Below, piece after piece: positions 32,267-42,167 of a stretch of 64,000 nucleotides of DNA. Numbering within the stretch: position 1 is the stretch's first letter; each line of letters starts with the position of its first letter. The stretch covers positions 2,560,001 to 2,624,000 of the forward strand of contig OY771506.1 in NCBI GenBank assembly GCA_963674705.1. Reading direction: 5' to 3'. The notes below the pieces were generated by a model that was not told the origin of the DNA, made no database searches, and saw only the letters and a list, made by a program, of their open reading frames with translations. The stretch comes from Phycisphaeraceae bacterium. GTDB lineage: Bacteria; Planctomycetota; Phycisphaerae; Phycisphaerales; Phycisphaeraceae. The position numbers and the translations under genes were made by a program.

Positions 32267-33217
32267 ATGCTGCAGAACATCGCCAATAGCCTTCCTCGCA
32301 TCACCGTCATCACGCCCAGCCTTAACCAGGCTGAGTACCTTGAACGCACGATCTGCAGCGTGCTGGATCAAGGCTACGAGAACCTTGAATACATCGTCAT
32401 GGATGGCGGCTCATGCGACGGCAGCGTGGAGATCATCAAGCTGTACGAGGACGATCTTACCTACTGGCAGAGTGAGTCTGATTCCGGGCCGGCTCACGCG
32501 GTTAACCAGGCGCTGGACCGTGCGACGGGCGACATCATCGCGATCCTGAATGCTGATGATCTTTACCTGCCGGGCACACTTCACGAAGTTGCAGCACGAT
32601 TCCAGAAACAGGACGCTCCCGCTTGGATCATGGGACACTGTCTTCGCATCGGTGAGATGGATGAGCAACTCGGCCAGATCACAGCGGTGCAGCCGAAGAA
32701 TCTAGCAGGCTTCCTGATGGACGATGTCGGACACATTCCAATGGCGGCGTCGTTCTATCGTAAATCAATCTTTGAAGCCTACGGCCGATTCGATGCCGAT
32801 CTGCAGTTTGCCTGGGGCTATGAAATGAGCTGCCGTCTGATTGCTCAGGATCAGATGCCGGCACTTTTGCCGCAGATCGTTTCAGCTCATCGTGAGTATG
32901 CCTACAGCAAGATCGCTCAGAACACACTCAGTTGTGGTCCGGAATTCAGTGACGCAGCCGCACGTTATGCAGATCGTTTGCCGTTCGAGCGGCGTGCAGC
33001 GTTGTGGGAAGGCATCGAGCAGCGCAGGCAGATCTTCGAGCTTGCGAAGATCGAAGTTGCGTCCCATCCATCGCGTCGGCAGTTATGGAACCAGTTATTA
33101 CGCCGACCCTGGTGGCTGGCGAACGACCGGTACCGACAGACTTTACTTCGGGGCATCACGCATCCCGAGTGTCCGGCTCTTGATAAGAGCAGACAGCCTT
33201 TGCGAAAAGCGGCATAA
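32267..33217 (+). CDS. Glycosyltransferase family 2 (WcaE-like), paralog of 31103-31990
   Basis: ITVITPSLNQ, DGGSCDGS and LNADD motifs; RBS AAGGA before ATG 32267. Confidence 0.88.
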   Translation: MLQNIANSLPRITVITPSLNQAEYLERTICSVLDQGYENLEYIVMDGGSCDGSVEIIKLYEDDLTYWQSESDSGPAHAVNQALDRATGDIIAILNADDLYLPGTLHEVAARFQKQDAPAWIMGHCLRIGEMDEQLGQITAVQPKNLAGFLMDDVGHIPMAASFYRKSIFEAYGRFDADLQFAWGYEMSCRLIAQDQMPALLPQIVSAHREYAYSKIAQNTLSCGPEFSDAAARYADRLPFERRAALWEGIEQRRQIFELAKIEVASHPSRRQLWNQLLRRPWWLANDRYRQTLLRGITHPECPALDKSRQPLRKAA

Positions 33218-33251
33218 ACGGAGCAACAACAGACGTATGTTCCACTTGAAG

Positions 33252-33280
33252 AAGAGCCTCATGGAAGAGGCTCTTTTTAT
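33252..33280 (+). terminator. Rho-independent terminator ending the glycan locus
   Basis: AAGAGCCTC-ATGGAA-GAGGCTCTT followed by TTT. Confidence 0.8.
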
Positions 33281-33364
33281 TGCGCATTGTGCATAAGCTC
33301 GGTGGCTGTTATTCCTTCTGTTTCAGGACTGGCCAGCAGGCATTAATCGACCTATTGTATCGGC

Positions 33365-33952
33365 ATGAAAGCCAAGTTGACTCCCGTTGTCATCTTTGTC
33401 CTTATCGCGGTGATGGCCGTGCCGCTGTTCACGGGCCTGATTTCTTCCAGGAACATTGATCCGATTGAACTTGCCAGTCTGGACGTCGGCCCCGGTCGCG
33501 TGATACGGATCACTGTTGAGCAAAACTCTCAGCAGACGCTATCATTGCATTATTACGTTGAAGCTGATGGGCAAACTGTGATCGATCATGCTTTCTTCGG
33601 CACACTGCCGAGAACCGCTACGCCACCGTCCTTTGTGGTATATACCCCGGCCTCTGGAAGTGGGGGGATTGTCGGCATCGCGCAGGTAACGGTGCCTGAT
33701 CGCATCGTCATACTTCACGACTTTGATTCAGGCGAGAGTTATCCGTATCGCAATGCCACATACAAAGATACCGATCCGGATCATCTTTATCCTTACTACG
33801 AAGAGCAGGAATCGATCGAAGCCAGAGGCGAAACATTGTTTGTGCGTTTGCAGGAAGCACTGCCGGATACGGAGCTAGACCTGCTGCGTACTATGGGACT
33901 GCGGCCGCTTACATTGCCCGATGTCCAGCCAGAAGCCGAAGGTGCCGAGTAA
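33365..33952 (+). CDS. Hypothetical exported or membrane-anchored protein
   Basis: 195-aa ORF with an N-terminal hydrophobic segment; no recognised motif. Confidence 0.6.
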   Translation: MKAKLTPVVIFVLIAVMAVPLFTGLISSRNIDPIELASLDVGPGRVIRITVEQNSQQTLSLHYYVEADGQTVIDHAFFGTLPRTATPPSFVVYTPASGSGGIVGIAQVTVPDRIVILHDFDSGESYPYRNATYKDTDPDHLYPYYEEQESIEARGETLFVRLQEALPDTELDLLRTMGLRPLTLPDVQPEAEGAE

Positions 33953-33975
33953 ATCAAATGCTGTAAGGATCACAC

Positions 33976-35904
33976 TCAACTGATCCCACGCGCTTCCAGT
34001 TCACGCACTTCACGCGACCAGGCATCACGCTGTTCATCCGTAACATCGGGATCGGGCAACAGCGAGCGGCGTGTGCAATTTATCATCGCCTGAAGCGTCT
34101 GATACCGACGGGTCGAGGCAATATCCGGCGGGAGCTGGTCGTGTATCACCGCACTGATGTCATCGAAAGCCAACGGCTTTGATATGGACCGTGCTTTAAG
34201 GTTGGAACGCAGTGAGGCAAACGCCGCGGCTGAGTAACCTTGTGTCAGTTCATCGATGCGCTTGATCTGTCCATCGTTGAGTGTTTCTTTTAATACGCTT
34301 GATAGCACCCAACGGATAAACGCCGCTCGGTCTTCATCTTCAGGATCGAGCACGGGGATAATCAGGTCGCCGACACGCCCGGGGCGACGGATATCGGGGC
34401 TGAGAAGGTGGATGCGTGCGGTCATGAGAAGCCAGATGACGTGGCCGCGCAATGCCGGGTCGGACATCATTTGCTGCACTTTGCCTGTCAAGCGACGTTC
34501 GGTCGCGTGTGCATCCGGACCGACGCCACCGAATTGTGTGTCCGCTTCATCGACGAAGATGACGACCTTGTCGAGAGCCTGAAGCACCCGGCGGAGTTTC
34601 TCGAAGATGACATCGGTTTGCCCGAACCATTGGCTGCGGATGTTTTTCAGTTCGAGGACGGGCAGGTCAAGCGCGGCCGCAACCGCTTCAAAGATAAATG
34701 TCTTGCCGCCACCGATAGGACCAGCCACGGCAGCACCGGGCAAAGCGTCCGCCCCCGTCGATCGGAAGCGGGGCAGCAGTTCATCACGCACGAAGTTTTT
34801 CAGTTGAGTAAATCCGATCACATTATCCAGCGAGTGTTCCGGCTTCTTGAACGCAACGACATCTTCGCCAAGCTGCGTCTGGATGAACGATTCAACCTTG
34901 GCAATCACATCCTGCTGGCGCAACGGCCTGCCTGAATGAGCGGACGCGATCAGCATCTGACGCAACGCATGGATCGAAAGGCCTGCGGAGAATCGTGCAA
35001 GGTCATCGATCGATCCCCAGAGTTCGACCGAATGACCTGAACCGGTCGCGGCCTTGGGCTGGCGCATAAACCAGTCGATGTAATGCTTGCGGTTGTCATA
35101 ATCAGGTGCGCCGACATCGACGCTAAGAACGCTCGGTAGCTTTGATACACGCGGATGCACCAGGCCGACGGATTCACTCAGAAGCAACACGGTGTCGTCA
35201 CCGTTGGTAAAACCGGGATCGGAGAACCAGTCCTGCGCGATACCGATGCGGTGGCGGTCAGGCGAGCCGAGGTTCGCGATGTCGCCGTTGCCGGCAGGCA
35301 GTGCAAGGTCCGCCGCTTCGATCACGATCAACAGGTTGTCACGGATAAACGATTTACCTGATGCGTCTGTCGAACGCGAGCACAACGTCAACTGCCGAAG
35401 AAACTCAAGCGCGAAGGTAGGCCGACCTACGACCTCGCGCAGATTGCGATCGAAGTCCTGCTCCCAGTGTTGCCGTTCACTTGCGCGGTTTTTGTCGGTT
35501 AATGCCTGCAGCACAAGCGTGTCATGGTCAACGCCCGCCTTCCACGAGACCCAGCCCTGGCGCAGCATGTCCCAGCCTTTGTTCGCGCCCATCGTGCTCT
35601 GCAAACGGACCGGGCCGTTCTGTTCGTATACAAGAATCGTCAAGCCATCCATCCGGCAACGGTCGCAGATGTAATCGACCAACGGAACGTACGAGCCGGT
35701 GCTGTCGGCGGTGGGGCTGAAGAACAGGTCATGCACTTCGCCGGCAAGGATGATGCTACGCGATTGTCCAGCATTCACGATACCCGCGAGTTTATTGAAA
35801 AACCTCTTAGCGGAGACATTCGGATCAACCGCGTTAGTCGCTGGCCTGGGTTTCTCCGAACCTTCATCGGGGAGCATCGGCGAATCGTGTTTGGCTGTAC
35901 TCAT
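33976..35904 (-). CDS. Classic-clade AAA+ ATPase with a degenerate N-terminal AAA-like domain
   Basis: Walker A GPIGGGKT, pore loop SQWFGQT, Walker B VIFVDEAD, SRH DIRRPGR. Confidence 0.88.
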   Translation of the reverse strand: MSTAKHDSPMLPDEGSEKPRPATNAVDPNVSAKRFFNKLAGIVNAGQSRSIILAGEVHDLFFSPTADSTGSYVPLVDYICDRCRMDGLTILVYEQNGPVRLQSTMGANKGWDMLRQGWVSWKAGVDHDTLVLQALTDKNRASERQHWEQDFDRNLREVVGRPTFALEFLRQLTLCSRSTDASGKSFIRDNLLIVIEAADLALPAGNGDIANLGSPDRHRIGIAQDWFSDPGFTNGDDTVLLLSESVGLVHPRVSKLPSVLSVDVGAPDYDNRKHYIDWFMRQPKAATGSGHSVELWGSIDDLARFSAGLSIHALRQMLIASAHSGRPLRQQDVIAKVESFIQTQLGEDVVAFKKPEHSLDNVIGFTQLKNFVRDELLPRFRSTGADALPGAAVAGPIGGGKTFIFEAVAAALDLPVLELKNIRSQWFGQTDVIFEKLRRVLQALDKVVIFVDEADTQFGGVGPDAHATERRLTGKVQQMMSDPALRGHVIWLLMTARIHLLSPDIRRPGRVGDLIIPVLDPEDEDRAAFIRWVLSSVLKETLNDGQIKRIDELTQGYSAAAFASLRSNLKARSISKPLAFDDISAVIHDQLPPDIASTRRYQTLQAMINCTRRSLLPDPDVTDEQRDAWSREVRELEARGIS

Positions 35905-36839
35905 ACATTCACACTGCCCGCGGTTTGCCGGCGGGTCCAGAAGTCACGATGTGTTTCAGGATCAGGTGGATTCTCGGGTTCGAACACGATGTTGCGAATT
36001 TCATCACGCTGTGCGACAAACTGCTCAAATTCGCGCGGTGTGTTCGGCTCAAACGTGGGCGCTGCACGGTCGTACACAATCGTCGCTCCGGGGCAGCTAT
36101 CATGGCCCGCGCCTTGATAGTTCCAATACTGGCTTAAACCCAGCACACGGTCACAGATGTACAGCGCTTCGTTCAATTCATGTGTCACCAGCAGGATCGT
36201 ATGCGGCGGAGGCTTGCCTTCGATCTTCGCCCGTGTGTTTTCCTGGTATAGGGTCAGGACCATCCGCTGAAGGTCTTCGCGTGTGGCTTCGTCCAATGCG
36301 CCGAAAGGTTCATCCAATAGCAGAAGCTTCGGCCGCATTACCAATGCCTGTGCGATCGCGACACGCTGGCACATCCCGCCTGACATCTCCGCGGGGTACT
36401 TATCCATCGCATTACCAAGCCCGACTTTTACCAGCAGCTCTTCCGCTTGCCTGATGTGATCCTTCTTCATCATCCGCCACGTTCCCCACTTGAAAACGCG
36501 GAAGGGGATCGTCGTGTGGCGAAGCATCAGGCCGAAGGCGACGTTCTCACGGGCGGTCATGAATTCATACAACGAGTAGCGCTGGTAGACGATCCCGCGG
36601 TCAAAACCCGGGCTCGTTACGACCTTGCCGTCCATCAACACACTGCCGGCTTTCGGCGGGTGTGTTCCCAGGATTGCACGCAACAGAGTTGATTTACCGC
36701 AGCCCGACGGGCCCACGACCGCCACCATCTGACCCCGCTCGATGCTCAAGTTCAGATTGTGCAGCACACGGTTCGTCCCGAACCAATGGCTCAGGCCGTC
36801 CAGGCGGATCACGATGTCGCTGCCGTCGGGTGGATTCAT
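35901..36839 (-). CDS. ABC transporter ATP-binding protein (NitT/TauT family)
   Basis: GPSGCGKST, MSGGMCQRVAIA, LLDEPFGALD and VTH motifs. Confidence 0.93.
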   Translation of the reverse strand: MNPPDGSDIVIRLDGLSHWFGTNRVLHNLNLSIERGQMVAVVGPSGCGKSTLLRAILGTHPPKAGSVLMDGKVVTSPGFDRGIVYQRYSLYEFMTARENVAFGLMLRHTTIPFRVFKWGTWRMMKKDHIRQAEELLVKVGLGNAMDKYPAEMSGGMCQRVAIAQALVMRPKLLLLDEPFGALDEATREDLQRMVLTLYQENTRAKIEGKPPPHTILLVTHELNEALYICDRVLGLSQYWNYQGAGHDSCPGATIVYDRAAPTFEPNTPREFEQFVAQRDEIRNIVFEPENPPDPETHRDFWTRRQTAGSVNV

Positions 36840-36847
36840 TTAGCTTC

Positions 36848-37648
36848 TTACCGCCCAAACCAGGGGCACAGTTTTCGACGGGCCGTCAACAAGGCATAAT
36901 CGATCAGGAACCCGCTCGCGCCGAGCAGGCCCAGGTAAAAGTACACGATATTGAAGTTAACCTTTCGTCCTTCCAATCGCAGGCGATACCCGAAGCCCAC
37001 ATCTGCGACGACATACTCAGCTGCGATCAGGAACACCATCGCCGGGCCGATCTGCAATCGCACCGATTCGATCAACCTTGGTAATACCTGCTTGAAGACG
37101 ACATTCCAGATCTGTTCACCCTGCGAAGCGCCGAGCGTCGCCGCTTTATTAAGTAACTCCTCCGGCACATCCTTCTTCGCGGATTGATAGATCGCCTGAG
37201 CCAGCGTCGGTGTGACGCCGAAGACGATCATCGCGATGAAGAAACCCTGGTTGATCCCGACGAGTACGAAGAACACTGCAAGCATTGCGGTGGGGGGGAT
37301 CTTTGCTGCTATGGATAACGGCGTTTGCAGCACCGCTTCCACCGGCGCGTAACACCCCATCGCGATACCGAATACCAACGCCGCGCCGACCGCAATGAAC
37401 AACCCTTCAAATAGCCGGACATAAGTCGCAACACCATCCTCCCACAGGATGATCTCACCGCTACCGGGCTGCGGCGTCACTGACTTTTTGATCCCCTCGC
37501 CGATCTGGCTCCACGTGGGGATCGTGGTGTCGTTGGGGTTCTTATGGTGCTGCCTTACCGACAGCAACGTATAGATGCCGCACAATACCAGCACCGACAC
37601 GATCGCCAGTGTAATCCGCGTGCCGGGCTTGATCGGCCGACGGATCAT
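36848..37648 (-). CDS. ABC transporter permease (NitT/TauT family)
   Basis: Multiple TM segments, KIPPTA, EAA-like KAATLGAS, LIAAE and GFGYR motifs. Confidence 0.9.
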   Translation of the reverse strand: MIRRPIKPGTRITLAIVSVLVLCGIYTLLSVRQHHKNPNDTTIPTWSQIGEGIKKSVTPQPGSGEIILWEDGVATYVRLFEGLFIAVGAALVFGIAMGCYAPVEAVLQTPLSIAAKIPPTAMLAVFFVLVGINQGFFIAMIVFGVTPTLAQAIYQSAKKDVPEELLNKAATLGASQGEQIWNVVFKQVLPRLIESVRLQIGPAMVFLIAAEYVVADVGFGYRLRLEGRKVNFNIVYFYLGLLGASGFLIDYALLTARRKLCPWFGR

Positions 37649-38766
37649 TCGCCGGCTTCCATGACAGCATCGATATACTGGCTGGTGAAGGTCAGCGGCT
37701 CATCTTTACTACCGCCGTACGCGATCGCGGGTACTTTTTCGATGATCTTGTAGTCCTTGCAGAAGCCGGTGACCTTATCCATCGTTGTGTGAAGTTCCTG
37801 GCTGTCGAACAAAGCTTTAGCCTCGGCCGGCGTCTTGTAGAACTTGGTCTGCTCCACGACGACCTTCATCTTTTCGAGGCCCAGGCTGGAGAACTTCGAG
37901 CCCAGCGCGACGAGCGTCTCATCGCCGGTTTCCGGATCTGCCAGCATTTCGTTGAGTTGATAGAAGGTATCGATCACCGCTTCTGCGAAGCGATCACCAC
38001 CCGGCTTATCCAGTGAATCCTTGGCGGCGACGACCATGTCGATGATTTCACCGGGGATCTTCGTTGAATCGAAGAGCACTTTCGCGTCACTCCGCTGCTT
38101 AAGCGTTTCGAGCACGAACGGGTTCCAGACGACGATAGCGTCATAACCCGCCTGCTGCGTGATCATTGCCTGCGCAGCGGCGGCAGGGTCCATATTCGAG
38201 AAGATATAGTCGGCAGGATTCTCGCCCGCGATTTCAAGGTTGCGCACGAACGTGTACTGCGACACGCTGGCTTCCAGGCCGTAGGCTTTCTTGCCTTTCA
38301 GGTCCTGGATCGTGTCGATCCCCGTGACGATGCAGGCATCGGCGCCGAAGGATGTCGAGGTCGGCAGGATCGCAACCGCGGTTCGGCCCATGGATGGATT
38401 GAGGATGTCCATGTTCGTGATGCAGACCGCATCGACCGCGCCGTTGGCGTACATGTTGATGCACGTGTCGTAATCGGTTTCGTTCAGGACGATGTCGACG
38501 TTCCACTTCTTCTCGACCGGGCCGAGTTCACCTTCCTTGCCGTTGATCAGGCCCTTCATCTCTGCGACGCCGAAGACCGACCATGATGGATATTCGCTCC
38601 AGGCCAGGCTGAAGACCGGCGGAGCTTCATCACCCGCATTCGTTGTGCTGCCGGCTGAACTTTCCGATGGCGAAGATGAGTTGTCGCAACCGCTGGTTAA
38701 AGCAAATGCGCCGACCGTCAGAGCGGCCGCACAAGTTGTAAACAGTTTCGTGGTTCGTGAGTTCAT
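37645..38766 (-). CDS. ABC substrate-binding lipoprotein (NMT1/TauA-like)
   Basis: Lipobox LTSGC; WSEYPSW, TNMD, STSFGADA, WNPF and IPGEIID motifs. Confidence 0.85.
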   Translation of the reverse strand: MNSRTTKLFTTCAAALTVGAFALTSGCDNSSSPSESSAGSTTNAGDEAPPVFSLAWSEYPSWSVFGVAEMKGLINGKEGELGPVEKKWNVDIVLNETDYDTCINMYANGAVDAVCITNMDILNPSMGRTAVAILPTSTSFGADACIVTGIDTIQDLKGKKAYGLEASVSQYTFVRNLEIAGENPADYIFSNMDPAAAAQAMITQQAGYDAIVVWNPFVLETLKQRSDAKVLFDSTKIPGEIIDMVVAAKDSLDKPGGDRFAEAVIDTFYQLNEMLADPETGDETLVALGSKFSSLGLEKMKVVVEQTKFYKTPAEAKALFDSQELHTTMDKVTGFCKDYKIIEKVPAIAYGGSKDEPLTFTSQYIDAVMEAGE

Positions 38767-38822
38767 GGTATGGATTCCCGAAAAGTATTCTTTGGGTATT
38801 CAGTGCACGTCTAATTGGTGGC

Positions 38823-39665
38823 TCAGCCCTCGGGCAGTTTGGTTTCCGGCTTATCGATCATTTCGTTCGGCATCTCGGCCGATTCCTTGCTGTCGGTTTC
38901 ACCGGCCAGACCGATCAACTTGTTGAACTCGTCGGTCGCGACGTTGGTGCGGGCGTATTCGAGGAACTCGGCTTCCTGTTGCAACGTATCTGTGCCCGCC
39001 ATCTCGCGGGAGATCCTCGCTTCGGCCTTCTGTTGCTGACGTAAGTCACGCAGTTCCTGCAACTCCTGCGAGGTGCGGTCCTGGCTGATCCCGCTGATCA
39101 TGTCGGCGACCTCTTCCTCTTCTTTCGCGGTAATCATGTCCGCTACTGCTGAGGAGGATTCTTCCTTCAGCTTGTCCAGATCACGCAGCAGTTGCTGCAA
39201 CTGAACCTTATGCCCGCCGATCGTGTTGGTCAGTTCAGCGACATCGCTTTCCAGTTCGCTGATCCGGTCGCTCTTCTCCGCGATTGTGGAAGTAAAGTCA
39301 TTGAACGCGGTCATGCATTTGAGGTATTCCTCGTTCTGCTTGATCTGCTCAAGCGACATACCCTGACCCTTGAGCTGCTCGACGACCTTCCTGGCTTTCG
39401 CGGCCGCGCCTTCCTTGAGCTTCTCAAGATGCGATACCTCCTGGCTGAGCGATTTGACCTTGGCCGCCTTCTTCTCCTGCTGACCGATCATGCGGGAGAC
39501 CGCTTCCTTATATTGATGGATGCGGTCGCGCTTCTCGCGGATGATCCGGTCGTAGCTGGCCTGCACGACGTAAGGGTTCTTGCTCAGTTCCTGACGTGCG
39601 CGGTCGATCCGCCCGGTGACGAGGTAACCCAGGGCCCGAATGTATCTGCCGATGGCTCTAAACAC
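38823..39665 (-). CDS. PspA/IM30 (ESCRT-III superfamily)-like coiled-coil protein
   Basis: N-terminal amphipathic helix MFRAIGRYIRALGYLV, then the NP hinge (ELSKNPYVVQ) and a long heptad coiled coil, as in PspA; 280 aa. Confidence 0.65.
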   Translation of the reverse strand: MFRAIGRYIRALGYLVTGRIDRARQELSKNPYVVQASYDRIIREKRDRIHQYKEAVSRMIGQQEKKAAKVKSLSQEVSHLEKLKEGAAAKARKVVEQLKGQGMSLEQIKQNEEYLKCMTAFNDFTSTIAEKSDRISELESDVAELTNTIGGHKVQLQQLLRDLDKLKEESSSAVADMITAKEEEEVADMISGISQDRTSQELQELRDLRQQQKAEARISREMAGTDTLQQEAEFLEYARTNVATDEFNKLIGLAGETDSKESAEMPNEMIDKPETKLPEG

Positions 39666-39712
39666 GTTTACGCTCCTATCGGTGGGGGGCGGTCGTCCGC
39701 CCGGTGTTCTAG

Positions 39713-40459
39713 CTACTCGCTATCTCTGATGCTCGGATTCAGTTCCGTTTCCAGTTCGTTCATCCGCCGTTCAACGCGCCGTGCGACGTTGAGGTTTTCT
39801 TCCAGCTCTTGCCGCATGCTCGCCAGGTCCGCGCCGGGTGTGGTTGTATCCAGCCCCAGCGTGTGCAGGCCGTCGATTGTCTTGGCGATCTGCGTGATGC
39901 TCTTGTCTACCTCGACTAATACTTTCTCTCGCTTTTCCAACACCTCGCGTCTTGCCGCTTCTGTCAATACTTTTTGTGACGTCTCCCACAGCTTGTACGA
40001 ACCCTTAAGCGACTGATACGACGAATCCAACAACCTCTGTACTGTACCAGCGATCTCGACCGGTGGGGTGCGCGGCGTCTTGCTCGGGTCCATCAGGTCC
40101 CTGAACCGATCCGCCAACACCCGCAGCGTTTTCAGAGCCTGTCCCGTCCACGGGTCCTCGTCTTTCTCCAGCTGCGCCGCTAGTTCGTCCAGTTCACGTT
40201 CCTTTTGGGCAGCCATCTGTTCGTGTGCCCGAAGAAACACACGCTTGGCGATCTTGTCCCTGCTTATGATCCATCGTGTGACCAATGCTCCGGAGCCGGC
40301 CAGCAGGCTCATCACACCCGCGAAAGCAAGCAATTGTGTCGCTGCGCCTACCGCCCATGAAACCAGTAATAACGTCAAACCCAACGCGGCGGGCAACAGC
40401 ACAAACGGCGACATCGCCAGATCGAGCAAGACCTGTTTTCGGAAGCTCGATCCGTCCAT
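39713..40459 (-). CDS. Hypothetical membrane protein: two N-terminal TM helices plus a helical coiled-coil domain
   Basis: Hydrophobic hairpin at about aa 15-60; charged helical C-terminus; RBS GAGGAG. Confidence 0.75.
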   Translation of the reverse strand: MDGSSFRKQVLLDLAMSPFVLLPAALGLTLLLVSWAVGAATQLLAFAGVMSLLAGSGALVTRWIISRDKIAKRVFLRAHEQMAAQKERELDELAAQLEKDEDPWTGQALKTLRVLADRFRDLMDPSKTPRTPPVEIAGTVQRLLDSSYQSLKGSYKLWETSQKVLTEAARREVLEKREKVLVEVDKSITQIAKTIDGLHTLGLDTTTPGADLASMRQELEENLNVARRVERRMNELETELNPSIRDSE

Positions 40460-40472
40460 AACTCCTCAATGA

Positions 40473-42167
40473 TCAGTAGGGTGTTTGTCCAAGAATAAAA
40501 CGAACGGTCTGGGCTTCACCGCCCTCGGCCTCGGGCTCTGTCCCGATCGCACGCACACGCTCGACGGCGATGCCTTTCTCGATCAGGTACGCCGCTGCCG
40601 CCTCGGCCCGGCTCATCGCCAGCGCCCGGTTGGCTTCCGCATCCCCTTCGACCCGCGCCGATCCACGTATCGACACGTAGTAATGAGGCCAGGTATGCAG
40701 CGATTCGGCCAGCCGATCGAGCTCGAACTTGCTCTGCCGGGTCAGTATAGCGGTGCCCCGCGCGAACACAATCGGTCTGACACGCAGCGTGCCCACCGGA
40801 CGCAGCTGTTCCCATTGCTTGTCATTGAGCGCTTCAACCTTGAACGATCTCGCCTCGCCCGCATCCACATCACCGGGCTGGCGGACCAGCGACGGGTGGA
40901 AGTCGCTATCGCGCATCGTTTTCAGGATGCCGTCGTAGTACAACACGCTCGGATTACTCACCGAAGACGCCGAGTCGATCGCCCCCGTCTTCAGCAGCAC
41001 CGATGCAATGTTCCGGATCACTTCATCCAGGGGCTGAATCTCGCTGGCCTGTCCGCTAGACGTCAGACCCATATGTGCGTAGTTTTCCTGTGTGGTTTTC
41101 CACCACACCCCTTCGACCAGCTTATCAGCTTGTTTGGCGGTCAGCGGTTCACCGCTTTGTTTCGCGTCTTCCCGAACCGCTTGCGCCAATCCGCCACCAG
41201 CTCGACGCTGGTCATACAGCGTCCGCAGGTAGGTCTCGACGACCGCACGGACTGTGTCTTCATGCTCCAGTAAAAACTCACGGCTGACGACCAGCGTATC
41301 CACGATGTATCCGCGGAATCGAGAACTGTCGATCAGGATATGAGCGCCGTCTTTTTCCAGGGCTTTGCTGACGTAAGGCTCCCACAAGACATAGGCGGCC
41401 TTCTGTGATCGATCCGCCTTCTCAAAGCGTCGCAGCACATCGGCTGCGCCATCCGCCCGGACGAACGGATCGCTCGGTAGCTTGTCCAGTTGGAAACTCG
41501 CCATCACGACTTGCGCCAGTGTCGTGCTGGGCGATTCGGGGGTGGCGATGATCTTCGCGGTGGGGGAGTTCAGGGCATCGATATTCGGGACAGCTGATTC
41601 GTAGGCAACCATGGCATCCGCGCCGGTGGTTTCATCAATAATCATGACCGCGGTCACAGGCGCTTCACCCAGTTTAGCGGTCGCTTTTACAAGGCCGTCG
41701 AGTGTGAACACCGCCATCGGCGCTTCGCCGGTGCGCAGGGCTTTCATACGCTGGCTGTAGTCGGCCTGATCGTCTACTAAGTCAAGCTCGATGCCGCGCA
41801 GGGCGAGTTCTTCTTTAAATGCTTCGCTACGGAAAACCCAGTAGCCGGAAAAAGCGTCCAGCGATAAACGCAGCGTCAGTTTCTTGCCGCTATCGCTGAC
41901 CTTGACGCCGGTCAGACGCAGTTCCAGTTCCTGTGCCATCTGTCGGAGTGTCGCGGCGTCTGCGCCTTTGGGCGCTTCGTCGGGTGTGAGGCCGCGCTGC
42001 CGAGCCAGCTCGCATAGCTCTTCATAATCCTGCAATTGCTCTGCGACATCCTCACGCTCGTGCATCCAGGGCGAGACGATGAATTTATACGACACCGCCG
42101 CCAGCGCTACGATCACGATCCAGACGATCACAACTTTCAACAGACGCGCGGAGCCGCCACTACTCAT
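40473..42167 (-). CDS. Membrane-anchored substrate-binding protein fused to an OmpA-like C-terminal domain
   Basis: N-terminal TM; DAFSGY, DETTGADA, WEPY and IVD SBP motifs; IVFARGT...NRALAMSRAEAAAAYL..GI..ER OmpA-like domain. Confidence 0.82.
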   Translation of the reverse strand: MSSGGSARLLKVVIVWIVIVALAAVSYKFIVSPWMHEREDVAEQLQDYEELCELARQRGLTPDEAPKGADAATLRQMAQELELRLTGVKVSDSGKKLTLRLSLDAFSGYWVFRSEAFKEELALRGIELDLVDDQADYSQRMKALRTGEAPMAVFTLDGLVKATAKLGEAPVTAVMIIDETTGADAMVAYESAVPNIDALNSPTAKIIATPESPSTTLAQVVMASFQLDKLPSDPFVRADGAADVLRRFEKADRSQKAAYVLWEPYVSKALEKDGAHILIDSSRFRGYIVDTLVVSREFLLEHEDTVRAVVETYLRTLYDQRRAGGGLAQAVREDAKQSGEPLTAKQADKLVEGVWWKTTQENYAHMGLTSSGQASEIQPLDEVIRNIASVLLKTGAIDSASSVSNPSVLYYDGILKTMRDSDFHPSLVRQPGDVDAGEARSFKVEALNDKQWEQLRPVGTLRVRPIVFARGTAILTRQSKFELDRLAESLHTWPHYYVSIRGSARVEGDAEANRALAMSRAEAAAAYLIEKGIAVERVRAIGTEPEAEGGEAQTVRFILGQTPY

